From contig VJWM01000044.1 of assembly GCA_010909165.1 (NCBI GenBank), forward strand, positions 1,426,001 through 1,490,000: DNA of 64,000 nt, written 5' to 3'. The DNA is from Anthoceros angustus (Eukaryota; Plantae; Anthocerotophyta). The notes under the pieces were generated by a model, which worked only from the letters and a program-made list of their open reading frames with translations, did no database searches and had not been told where the DNA came from. How positions within the stretch are numbered: position 1 is the first letter of the stretch; each line of letters begins with the position of its first letter. Positions 35,470-45,364 of this stretch are shown piece by piece. The translations under genes were made by a program, and so were the position numbers.

Positions 35470-35870
35470 CCATCTCGTTCTGATATTTTCTATTTTCCAA
35501 GAGTAGTAGATGATATTATAGGAGAAGTTGATGGAGGCTAAGGAGCAGCGGATGAGGCCAAGCATCATCTTTTGGTGCCAGAAAAGTAAGTCAAAGAGAA
35601 GTTGATGGAGGTCAAGGATCATCTTGAGGTGGCTGGAAAGCAAGTTAAAGAACAGTAGATGGAGGCCAAAGATTAATTTTTGGTGGTTGAAAAGTAAGCT
35701 GAACAACAACTTTTGTAGGGTAAAAAGCAACATGAGCATAGTTGGAGGTTGAAGAGCGCCTCTTAAAGGTTGAAAAACAATCTAAAGCTCAGGTTTAGAA
35801 AATTATAAAGCTAGCCAAACAAACAGAGTTTATAAGGAAAGAGATAAGTACCTGACGAAAAACATTTGCA
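35470..35870 (+). pseudogene. Inverted degenerate copy of the KEQ-rich coiled-coil gene fragment
   Basis: GAGAAGTTGATGGAGGCTAAGGAGCAG (EKLMEAKEQ) and GGTTGAAAAACAATCTAAAG match the reverse complement of ~32000-32270 and ~35980-36300. Confidence 0.6.
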
Positions 35871-35959
35871 ACTCAATTAATTTAAATTAAATATTAAATT
35901 CGAATTAATTCAAATTAAATACATAAAATTTAATTCAAATCAATTCAATTATAAATATT

Positions 35960-36948
35960 TTCGAAAAATACTATTTCTTTAGTTACATACTCTGCATCAT
36001 TCACCAACTTTATAATTTTCAAAACCTAAACTTTAGATTGATTTTCAACTTTTAAAAACTAATTTTCAATCTCCAAAAATTATTTTTCAACCTCCTAAAA
36101 ATTCAACCTCTAACTGTTATCTTTTATCCTACAAAAATTGCTCTTTAATTTCTTTTTTAACCACTGAAAAAATTCCTTGGCCCCAATCAATTATTCTTTA
36201 CCTTACTTTTCAACCATGAAAAGATGATCCTGGTTGGTCTCCATCGACTTGTCTTGTAATATTATCTTCTGCTCTTGTGCGACTATCTTAATGGACATTT
36301 AAATCATATCCAAAAGCCCCTCTCAAATGGTCAAGAAAATCCCACCTTTGTTCATGTAAGTGTGGATCATGTGCAGAACATTCAAAATAAATAAAACATA
36401 AAACACAAGATAAGAATTAGACTTGAAATCGAAGAGAAAGAGAAATGAAGAGGCAATCCTGAAATTGAATACCTCTTCATCCACAGGAAAGAATGAGCCC
36501 TTGCATTCTAGTTGATGTGTTGGGCTACCCGGTACGATGCCGGCGGTGTGAAACCAGTCCTGAAAGGATGAACAGAACCTAGGTCCCCTCCTAAACCAGC
36601 AGACCTAGCCTTGCCATAGGAAAGAGATCTTGCTTCGCCTCATCAAAGAAACAACACATCAGACAGGTTACACAACAAGATGGAATTGAATCGACCAATA
36701 GAAAGATTGGCATAGCAGCCAAAGAAATTATATTGGGCACCGATCCATACACAACACACCCTTGACATTTGTACATTGTCACTAAGCACCACTCAAAACA
36801 ACTACCGACCTCACCTTTGTGGAGCTCGAAATAACCCCAGTTACACTTCCCACGATATTCTTGTATGCTGCATCTTGAGCAATTGCTTTTCCAGTGTACC
36901 TTGTGAACAAAGCTTCCACCATTCCGTAAACTGCACCGAAAAGAACAC
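35960..36948 (-). pseudogene. Chimeric cassette copy B, 3' part: ketol-acid reductoisomerase (KARI) fragments + coiled-coil exon
   Basis: Exon 36948-36815 reads (G)VLFGAVYGMVEALFTRYTGKAIAQDAAYKNIVGSVTGVISSSTK, against plant KARI [41 protein letters not shown] (recalled from memory). Downstream FPMARL and GDLGSVHPF..G...AQ correspond to FPMG and GDLGPLYPFTAG. ~36255-36430 duplicates ~32270-32425. Confidence 0.75.
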
Positions 36949-37099
36949 CTGCAACAGACATAAGTCACGATGATTTACCCAAAAGAACACCTGCAACAGA
37001 CACATGTCACGATGATTATCGTTCTGCCACACAAAGTCCAGAAACTGATTGATGAAAGGAAAAGCATACTCAAACCCAGCATTCTGTCATGGCAACATC

Positions 37100-38165
37100 A
37101 GTATGAGGCATGTCAAGGCAGCATCACGCATGACATTCATGTCGACATCGCTTCGTTTCAACCGTTTGCCGGTGGCCTCAGAGATGGGAGCACCTGTTAC
37201 CGTGACACTATGCTCTGTCCAGTCAAGTTTGGCTCCCATCTTCGCCAACACCTCGGCGAACTTCACATCACCCTGTAGGCACAGGAACGACCGCGGTAAG
37301 GAACAAAAGGTTGGATGAGATGCGAGGAAGATTACTTAGAACAAACCAATGTGACAAACAACCTGGAGGCTGCTTGTTCCACAAGCTTCTGCTGTCATTT
37401 TCCCCCTGTCACAGCAGGGGCAGCAAGAAAGTAGCTTGCGACACTTGAGGCATGTCCCTCAACATACTCAGGTCCGGGTGTCCAGCATCAGATTAAGAGC
37501 CGAGGCACCACCATCAGCCTCGACGTACGAGCAAGCATCAGGAAGTGTAAAACCCTCAACCAGTCTCCGGCACGGCAAGGGGTGCGCATTGTACTTGTGA
37601 GTCCGTCCACGTTTGATGAGAAAGCGGTCCCAGCCTCCATACCGCTCTGCTTTAACTCCAAATCGTTCCATCAACTTCAAGGTCATGTCCACATAGGGCA
37701 CTGAGATGGGCTTAACCACAATCTCAATGGTCATATCTCCCAATTCAACCGGAGCTGCGAGAAGCAGAGCAGTAAGATATTGGCTGCTCAGTACGCCTGA
37801 GTTCTTCACCTGCACAGAGAGTGTGCAACAAAACAGAGGTGAGTGCTAAATCACGGCACCAAGATAGGAAATGAAAGCCATGAAGCATCGCAGAGGGACG
37901 AGAATCAGAATCTCACTCACCGTTCCTCCACGGAGCCCGCCTTTGGCATCGACTGCAACAGGAGGACAGTTGGTGCCCAGTGTGCACTCCACGTACGCAC
38001 CAAGCTCCTTCAAGCCCGAGACAAGGTCCCCAATTGGCCTCTCAAGCAGGCGAGGCACCCCATCCAAAGAGTGTATGTTTCTTCTATCTTCCTTGGGCCC
38101 GGGGCCCGGGACGACCATGCAGGTCGCAGGGGTTCTCGTTACCGGCGAGCCTGCGTTATTAGGGT
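37100..38165 (-). pseudogene. Chimeric cassette copy B, 5' part: internal fragment of EPSP synthase with introns
   Basis: [57 protein letters not shown]...[32 protein letters not shown]...CGTSSLQ/GDVKFAEVL. N- and C-terminal EPSPS regions are missing; stops and small duplications are present. Confidence 0.88.
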
Positions 38166-39020
38166 TTTCGGTTACCGGCGGGGTCTTCACAGAATGACCG
38201 GCGCATGCCGGTAGCTGCCAAACGGATAACTGGCTATGGCATATGGCTGAGTGGTGGGTCCCATATGCATTGGGAAACGAGCGTCGTCGTTAGTTTGGCC
38301 GTCGCGCACCCAATGGAGTGCAAGTTGCTGGCGGGGTTGCTGCTGGCGGCGTTCCCTGAAGGGAAAAGAAGAAAGCGGCAACATAAGGAAGCAATGTCGG
38401 AGCGACCGTACCGGGCAGCCGGGCAGCCAGGCAGCCGGGCAGGCCGGGCCCGCACAGTCGCCGAGGTGCAGTCGCTTTAATGCGCTCTTCTTCTCCTTTT
38501 CTTTCTCTCTTCTTTAGGGCTTTAGGGCTGAACACTCCAACGCCACCATCCGACGCCGATAGAAGCCCTTTCGGTTTCGGTTTCGGTTTCTCAGCGCCAA
38601 AATCTTTCCACCTGATGTACATCTTTCCGGCGTCTCAGTCCGTGGTGGCCTCCACCGCGCCAGTCTAATGCCTGTTTGTGTCGTCGCCGGCGAAGCAGAG
38701 TGTGGTACGGTCTCCCGCTCTATCCCCCTGGCGCAGAAGCAGGAGCAGAAGCTCCTGTGCGATTCCATCTCCCGCCGTCCACCTCCCGCCTCGTCGCTGC
38801 GCTGTCCTCCGCATTCTGGTTTTTGAATTGGAGTGCGGTGCTGCCTTCTTCCTTCTGCAGCGATCTCTCCTTTCGAAGGCGCAGCCGGGTTTTTTGTGTG
38901 ATCGGAGGCCGGGGGTCTTCGTTTCGGTGGCTGATTGTTGGTGTTGCGGTTTGGCAAGGGAGGAATTTCAGCTGCTGAAGGGAGTTGTGTGTGCGTGTGT
39001 GGTGTTTTGTGTGAATTACC

Positions 39021-39698
39021 ATGGGGTACTTGTACTCAGAGGAGAGCTGCAGCCCGCATTCCGTGCGCTTCACCAAGGAGAAGATCTCGCCGCGCTTCAG
39101 CGCCCCGCACAACGAAGAGACGATCTTCGACCTGCTGGAGAAAATTCAAGGGGGGAGCCTGGAGCCGTCTGCGTTTCCCACCATACGAGTGGTGAAGTTC
39201 GGGGGGCAGCTGTGGTCGCTGGACAACCGCCGCCTGTGGCTCTTCCAGAAGTCTGGGGTGGCCAGCATCATGGTGAGGGAGATGCCAATGGAGAAGAGCA
39301 AGGCGTTCAAAAAGTTTCTGCAGAAGACGCCTTTGGCTCATGTGGAGATGATGGCGGCCAAGGAGTTTGTCCCGCAGGTGGACTATGCGTGGGACGGCCT
39401 GGTGGATATCTTTGTGAAGGTGAAGAAATGGCTCAGGGCGGATGACATCAAGTCGGAGGGTGAGGAGGAGGAGGAGGAGGAGGATGAGGAGGAGGAGGAG
39501 GAGGAGGAAGAAGAAGAGGGGAACAATGACTGGGAGCGCTCACCTGCGAGGAGTGAAGAGGATGGTCGGAGAGAAAAGGAGAAGACTCCGGATTCCGATG
39601 ATACTGACTTGGGAGAGAATCAGTACCCTGTTCTGTGGAAAAGCTTGGACGATGAGGAGGACCATGGAGAGGAGGAAATCCACCCGGTTTACAAGTAG
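39021..39698 (+). CDS. Small protein with a ParB/Sulfiredoxin-like N-terminal domain and a very acidic tail
   Basis: SPHSVRFTKEKISPRF...FPTIRVVKFGGQLWSLDNRRLWLFQ resembles the ParB/Srx core (IRFSQ...P.I.V...DxxRRL). Poly-Glu tract at ~39462-39520. Single exon with a good ATG context. Confidence 0.6.
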   Translation: MGYLYSEESCSPHSVRFTKEKISPRFSAPHNEETIFDLLEKIQGGSLEPSAFPTIRVVKFGGQLWSLDNRRLWLFQKSGVASIMVREMPMEKSKAFKKFLQKTPLAHVEMMAAKEFVPQVDYAWDGLVDIFVKVKKWLRADDIKSEGEEEEEEEDEEEEEEEEEEEGNNDWERSPARSEEDGRREKEKTPDSDDTDLGENQYPVLWKSLDDEEDHGEEEIHPVYK

Positions 39699-40440
39699 TG
39701 GGAGGCAAGTGTCGTTTTCTCTCTTCCTCACGCATCTGTCCTGAGGAGCAGCCCTTCTTTGCCTGGTCACATTTGGTGGTGAATCCAGGTTGTTGCCCGG
39801 CTAATCTGCGGCAGATTGTAGCACCCGTCTGCCCACAATTTTGACATCGATGATGAAGGCTTGGTTGGGCCTTGATGTGGCTGGTGCTTGCAGACTTTTT
39901 TTCCTAGCACTCTGGCTGGTGGAGTTGATACATGTACAGTAACGAAGACGCTCCTACAGGCCTTTATGATGCATGCTATAAATCCTTAGTTTATTTCGAC
40001 GATTAGAGAAACTGAATAACAACTTGTTTGTGAGCAACTTTGTCGTGTTCAGGAATGGCAGCAGCTGCTTCCCGAGCGATGCCTGGTAATTGTTGGCTCT
40101 ACGGAAACCAAATGCATCAGTCTCCTCTCGGTTCTTGCTACAGCTGTTAGGAAAGTTGATGTGGAACTACATTTCTGCGCAAAATTTGTTTCCACTCACT
40201 CTGCACCATTCTGTGCTTGACTAACAACTACACTGCCGCAAGTTTAATGGGAAGGTCGGGATTGTCTTGATCTCGTTTCTCCTCCAGTTGCACACTGTGT
40301 GCCTTCTCTTATGATTTGTTCCTTGGTCACCTGAAATACAGCCTCACCGGGTGCCTTGTGTGACTATTTGCTGGTTGACCGCTTGCCATGAAGAACTTGG
40401 GTATACAGTCCGCACGTTCTGTGCCGCGACTAGGGCCTTG

Positions 40441-41463
40441 TCAGACATACAGATCGGTGACCTTGTATCCCCATGCGTTTCCTCTGCAAGGCTTGGAGCC
40501 ATAGGACTGGGCGCACCTGCGTTGCTTATGTTTGGACTTGAAACGCTGAGCAGTAACATCGACGCCGATCCCCGGTGGGGATCCCCTCAAGTGCTTCGTG
40601 TCCGGCAGTGAAGAGTGGTCGGTGACGGCAGGATGCTCGTTCTTCGTTCCCTCTTCATCCGATGCAGTGGCAATCTCTGGACAGGAGGCGAAGGGTGGGA
40701 GCCGCTCATATCCACTCCTCATTCGTGCCGATGAACTACTCCCGCGCTTTCTTGGCCAGGCAATGCAGCAGGCCCTTGAACCGAGCGCAGGGCTGGGAGG
40801 CTCGACATATCTGCGCGGTTCAACAGGACTTCCGCTGCCCGTGACTTCCAGGAGTCCATCACGCTTCCACGAATTGCTCACGTTCTTCCTGCGCCTCTCT
40901 CCACCCTCCTTCCAACTGGCTTCACCAGGACTAAGCACTTCATCCCACGCCGTCACTGCCTCCACCGGCGTCGGCGCGATGCACCACTGAGTTGGAGGAA
41001 CACACTGTTCCCCGGAGCCAAGAGGTGAATCCAGCCCCTCTTCCTCAGCATCGGCATCAGCATCTGCAAACATTTCGGCAGCACCTGAATCCGAATCACT
41101 CCGTCCACCCTTCCCCGAACTCGATCCCGACTGACGCACATGGTCCTCGATGGTAATCCACTGGCTCAACGATGGTGACGACTCCTCCAAGCAATGTCCG
41201 CGATCAGTCTCTGACTCATCAAATCCACGTTCGTCAGCATCTGCGAACGATTCGCCAGAATCCGATCCGCTCTCATCACCTCCCGTCCGAAGCAATTCTC
41301 CCGTCTCTTCACACTCCCTCCCCTCCCACGGAATTGACCGTGCCAAGAACGTCACAACCGGCGCTAAGATTATAGGCACGACAACAGGAACCGCCCACCC
41401 CACCACATACTGCAGCGGAGACACTGCGCTGCAGAATTGCAGCCACAGAGCTCCCCCAGACAT
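40441..41463 (-). CDS. Unknown protein: N-terminal hydrophobic segment and an acidic, Ser-rich disordered region
   Basis: Open frame of about 340 aa with VVGWAVPVVVPIILAPVVTFLA (TM-like) followed by D/E/S-rich sequence. No family recognised; the 3' end may be spliced. Confidence 0.5.
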   Translation of the reverse strand: MSGGALWLQFCSAVSPLQYVVGWAVPVVVPIILAPVVTFLARSIPWEGRECEETGELLRTGGDESGSDSGESFADADERGFDESETDRGHCLEESSPSLSQWITIEDHVRQSGSSSGKGGRSDSDSGAAEMFADADADAEEEGLDSPLGSGEQCVPPTQWCIAPTPVEAVTAWDEVLSPGEASWKEGGERRRKNVSNSWKRDGLLEVTGSGSPVEPRRYVEPPSPALGSRACCIAWPRKRGSSSSARMRSGYERLPPFASCPEIATASDEEGTKNEHPAVTDHSSLPDTKHLRGSPPGIGVDVTAQRFKSKHKQRRCAQSYGSKPCRGNAWGYKVTDLYV

Positions 41464-42220
41464 GATCCGCGATCTCCACACGATTCTCGAGCACACAGAC
41501 TGCTGGCAATCATCACCACAACGTCCAGTGTAGGTAGAACACTACGTTAGAACATGCCTTTTTGTCATTTGCCTAGATCAGCAAAAGTTGAATCGATAGC
41601 AATTACCAAACCCAGAGCCCGGCCGCGGCTATATACATACGCTAGCGCCTGGCCGAGTTCCGGTTACTGCTAACGCTAACGGTGGTACGGGCCGATCAGT
41701 GCTAACAGGGGGCTGCTAGTGCGACTGTTACGGGGCGGGGTTATGGAGCAAAGCAGAGTGATGCGGCTGCGGCCGGGGACGTCGGGTAGGAGGACCATCT
41801 CGACGAGGACGAGCGGGAAGAGCCGCGTGTGGCCGCCGCTGGTCCCATTGCCCTTTCTGCGACACACCACGAAACCCGGGATTTACTCGCCGCTCTTGTC
41901 CAACCGGTTTCTTGTTCTCCAAGAGGCGCCAGAAAGCGGAAGCAGCGAGTGTGAGGCGCGGACGGCCAGGCCTCCGCCCGCGCACGGAGCTGCAGGGAAG
42001 CGACTTGTCGGGATGCGGAAGGAGAAGACGCAGGAGCTGGTGCCTGCCGCTGCCGCTGCCCACCAAGTGCGCGCTGCCCTGCCGCCTGCTGCTTCTCGTC
42101 CCGCCTGCCGCGGCCCCCGCGCTGGCGCTCTAGGCTTCCCGGCCAGGCCTCCGCCCGCGCACGGAGCTGCGGTGGGAGAGGAATTTGCTGTGATTCCCGG
42201 CCCAGCTGGGCCTGGGAAGA

Positions 42221-45027
42221 ATGGTGCCGAGCAGGGTTGCGCAGCTTCCGTTTTGGGTTCGTGCATTCCGATTGTGGAGTCCAAGTACGCCGTGTTGCGG
42301 GGAGTGGGCGGGGTGCGGGGACGGCAAGGAGAGGGTGTCGGAGGTGGTGGGCGGGAGGCGGGGCTGCAATGGCGCGCGGGGTAAGTGGTGGCCCCAGGCT
42401 TGGAGGGGTTTGGGAAGAGGGGGGCAGTGTGGGTGGAGCTGCGATGCGGGTGCGGTGGCTTTGCTGATTGTGGTGTGTCGTGGGTGCAGGTGGCGCGGCC
42501 CCTGGGAAGTTGTCCATGGTGTGCGGAACCGTGTCCAGCGTGAGAGGGAGGAGTTCGGGTGTGGTGGAGGGGAGCAGTAATGGGTTTGCGGATAGCTGTA
42601 GGAAGAAAAACAAGAAAAACAAGAAGAGGCAGGAGAAGAAGCCCGGGGAGGGGTTGCAGGTCGAGCTCCAGCCCAAGGACGCTGAGCAGAGGAAGGCCGT
42701 GGAGGATTCTTTGTGCCAGTTGCTTCCGGAGGATTTTGAGCTGGGAATGGAGGTTGTGAGAGATGTTTTGGGTAGGTTTCTGCGTGCGGATGGTGTTTGT
42801 GGTGGATTCGGTGCGGTCGGTTAGTTTGAGGTGTAATGTGATTGTCTTGTTTCTCAGGTCAATGTGAGGGGGACGTGCAACAGGTATGCGGGGTGCTGTG
42901 TGACTCGGTGTTGTCAGGATTTCGGCCTTTGGCGTGCTGGGGTGACGCAGTGGCATTTATGTAATGGAGCCTTACTGAGCTATGGCGAAGTCTTACTGAT
43001 GTATGTTACGATAGGCCCGGAATATACTACTGGAGATGGCTGCATCTTCCTGTCAGTGCGACAGCCCGCGGTCGGACGAATGTCTCTCAGTGATTAACGC
43101 TGAAAACGGCTCCCTGAAGGCGCTGTTGGCGGCATTCTCGAACCTTGATCCTGCCAAAGTAGTGATGGCCTGCCAGGTGCCAGCAGTCGCTGTTGTGCAT
43201 GGTCTGCCTTGTCATTGAGCATGGGTGTTTCTGGCTGTGGCCTTCGATTGAGATTCTCCCTCGCTATGCTTTGTTGTGCAGGAAGCAGATGGTAATTTTG
43301 AGCTCGCAGCGGACCTTCTGCTGCAGGCGGGTTGTCAAGAAGATTCTGCAAATGAGCCCTTTGATTCTTCCGGTTACGCAGAGGAAGAAAACCCTAGCTT
43401 GAAGGTGCTCCTCAATTTTAACACGCACTCTCCCTCTTTGCACCATTCGAAACATGTGCCCAAGTTGCTCCTAACTGTGGTCGTTTTGGTGTGAAGATTC
43501 TTGTCTCATGGCTTCAAAAGACGTTTCCCTCTGTGGAGGATGACATCCTCCGTCAAGTGTCGGAAGCCAATGATTATTGTTACAGGTAGAGCTTGCGTAC
43601 TCTCTCTCATCCTTTGTCCTCACGTTACTTTTCCCTGGTGTTTACAATTTAGTTTCTCACTATAGCTTTCCCTTCTCTTTACGACTGAGACTTGTGTCGT
43701 AACCTTTTAGAAAGACTGTCGATTTCCTGGTGGAAGGTGGTGTGAAACCATCTGAAGATCAGCAGCAGGATTCTGCAAGTCTCTTAACTTCGGTTATGCA
43801 GACCTTGTTCAGACAAGAAACGAAAACTTCTCCTCCTCCGTCTCCTCCACCAGCCAGAATGAACAGAGGGAACGACTGGCAGGTAGTAAAATCGAGATCG
43901 CCCAGGGACGATCTTTTCAAGAACGGCCGCGTTGAAAGGATAGGTGCGTATAGGAATTTCGGCACTTGTATTTAACTTCGTTTAACTCACGTAGCTTGTG
44001 CGGCTAATGTTGCTTGTTGCTTGTGTGTTCCTCCTCAGAGGACGATGAACAGTATGATGCATACAAAGCCTGTCGAAGACAAGCAGCCGCTGACTTGGCC
44101 AAGATGAATGAGTGCTTTCAACAGGTGCAGAGAGAAATTTCACATACATTACTATTAGTAAGTTGATTCAGAAATTTGAGCAACCTTTTGAAAGAGCCTC
44201 ACTTTTACCTTCGTCCTCAATTGTATGATCAGGCATCTGCAGCGTATCAAAGGGGAGAGCGGGCCTACGCTGGCATTTTGTCAGAAAGGGTAGGTTCATG
44301 GCCGAGCGGCGGTGTACTAGAAGCACGAGCAGCCTTCTAATTTCCGGGGCACTCCTCCACACATTTGACACGGTTCCCTTTGTCGAACTGTGCAGGGAAA
44401 GGAGTATCAGAAATCATTTCGTGACGCAAATGACAAGGCCAGCACCCACCTATTTAACGTCAAGTAAGAGTGTACCTCGGAGTGTCTCGCAGCTCTCCGT
44501 CATGGTCGGGTTTTTATATCTAACCCTGGACGACTTGTTTGCTCCAGGAACAAGTACATGGATAACAACATCACAATCGACTTACATGCGCAGCATGTGA
44601 AGGAAGCCATGCACTTGCTGAAGCTGCACCTCAATTCGTTGTCTCCTCTCCCTTGTAAGTCTGGACCCATATGTGTTCACCCAAACATCTTCAGACTTAC
44701 TATTTCATGGGAACGTGGGAACGTGTGTTGGTTTCCCTTCGTTTGATAAATGATATTGTGAGACTCATGGCTTGTGGGGGGTGTGCAGGTGTACATACAC
44801 TCACCATCATAACGGGTCACGGCAATGGACAGGCTAAGATAAAGCCTTCTGTAAGTGTCGACGAACGTCTCCCTGATATGTTTTCTTATCGGTTTCAATA
44901 ACTTTCTCGGCTCGCTTGGCAGGTGACCCGTTATCTGAAGGAGAAGGGGATAGGATGGGAAGAAGAAAATCCCGGTCGGCTCGTAGTCAATCTACAGAAA
45001 TTGAGGGCCAAGGCGGACTCATTGTAG
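42221..45027 (+). CDS. Smr-domain protein with CUE-like and DUF1771 regions (At5g58720/SDE5-like family), many short exons; start uncertain
   Basis: KLSMVCGTVSSV, EDSLCQLLPEDFELGMEVVRDVLGQC, ASAAYQRGERAYAGILSEKG, ITIDLHAQHVKEAMHLLKLHL, LTIITGHG and VTRYLKEKGIGWEEENPGRLVV, ending at TAG 45025-45027. Confidence 0.8.
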
Positions 45028-45364
45028 CGGACATAGATTTGGGCTTGGCCCCCTTTGTAGCAGGCATAGATTTGGCAAGGATTAGGCGTTGCTTGCCGAC
45101 AGAACTCCTTTATGTAGAACGCCTTTATGTTCGTAATTCCCAGAAACAAAGAACGATGCACCGATGTGCCTGTAGTGGTCCATGGTCGTGATTGGCAAAG
45201 ACACGGCAACGGCGGATTCGGGGTGTGGGGGCCACGTGGCCCGATCGTTCCTGCTCTCAAGGCAACGATCAGGCGACAGTTTTTGGGCGTGAGGGCAGCT
45301 TAGCCTAGCCTAGGCCAGGGGCAAGAAGAGGCGAGAGATAGAGAGCAGGCGATGCGGACGCCTC

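Noticed and set aside
38120-38165. Altered GNAGTAMRP motif ([11 protein letters not shown]) as a glyphosate-resistant EPSPS allele
   Set aside because: The fragment is truncated, contains stops, and the change coincides with a small local tandem duplication at the fragment edge; it cannot encode a functional enzyme.
41741-42956. 311-aa and 357-aa minus-strand ORFs
   Set aside because: Low-complexity Pro/His/Thr-rich antisense translations of GC-rich sequence overlapping the Smr gene 5' region.
27752-45027. A silencing gene cluster (CLASSY-like + SDE5-like Smr protein)
   Set aside because: The genes are ~12 kb apart with unrelated genes and TE debris between them; proximity is expected by chance in such a dense genome without synteny evidence.
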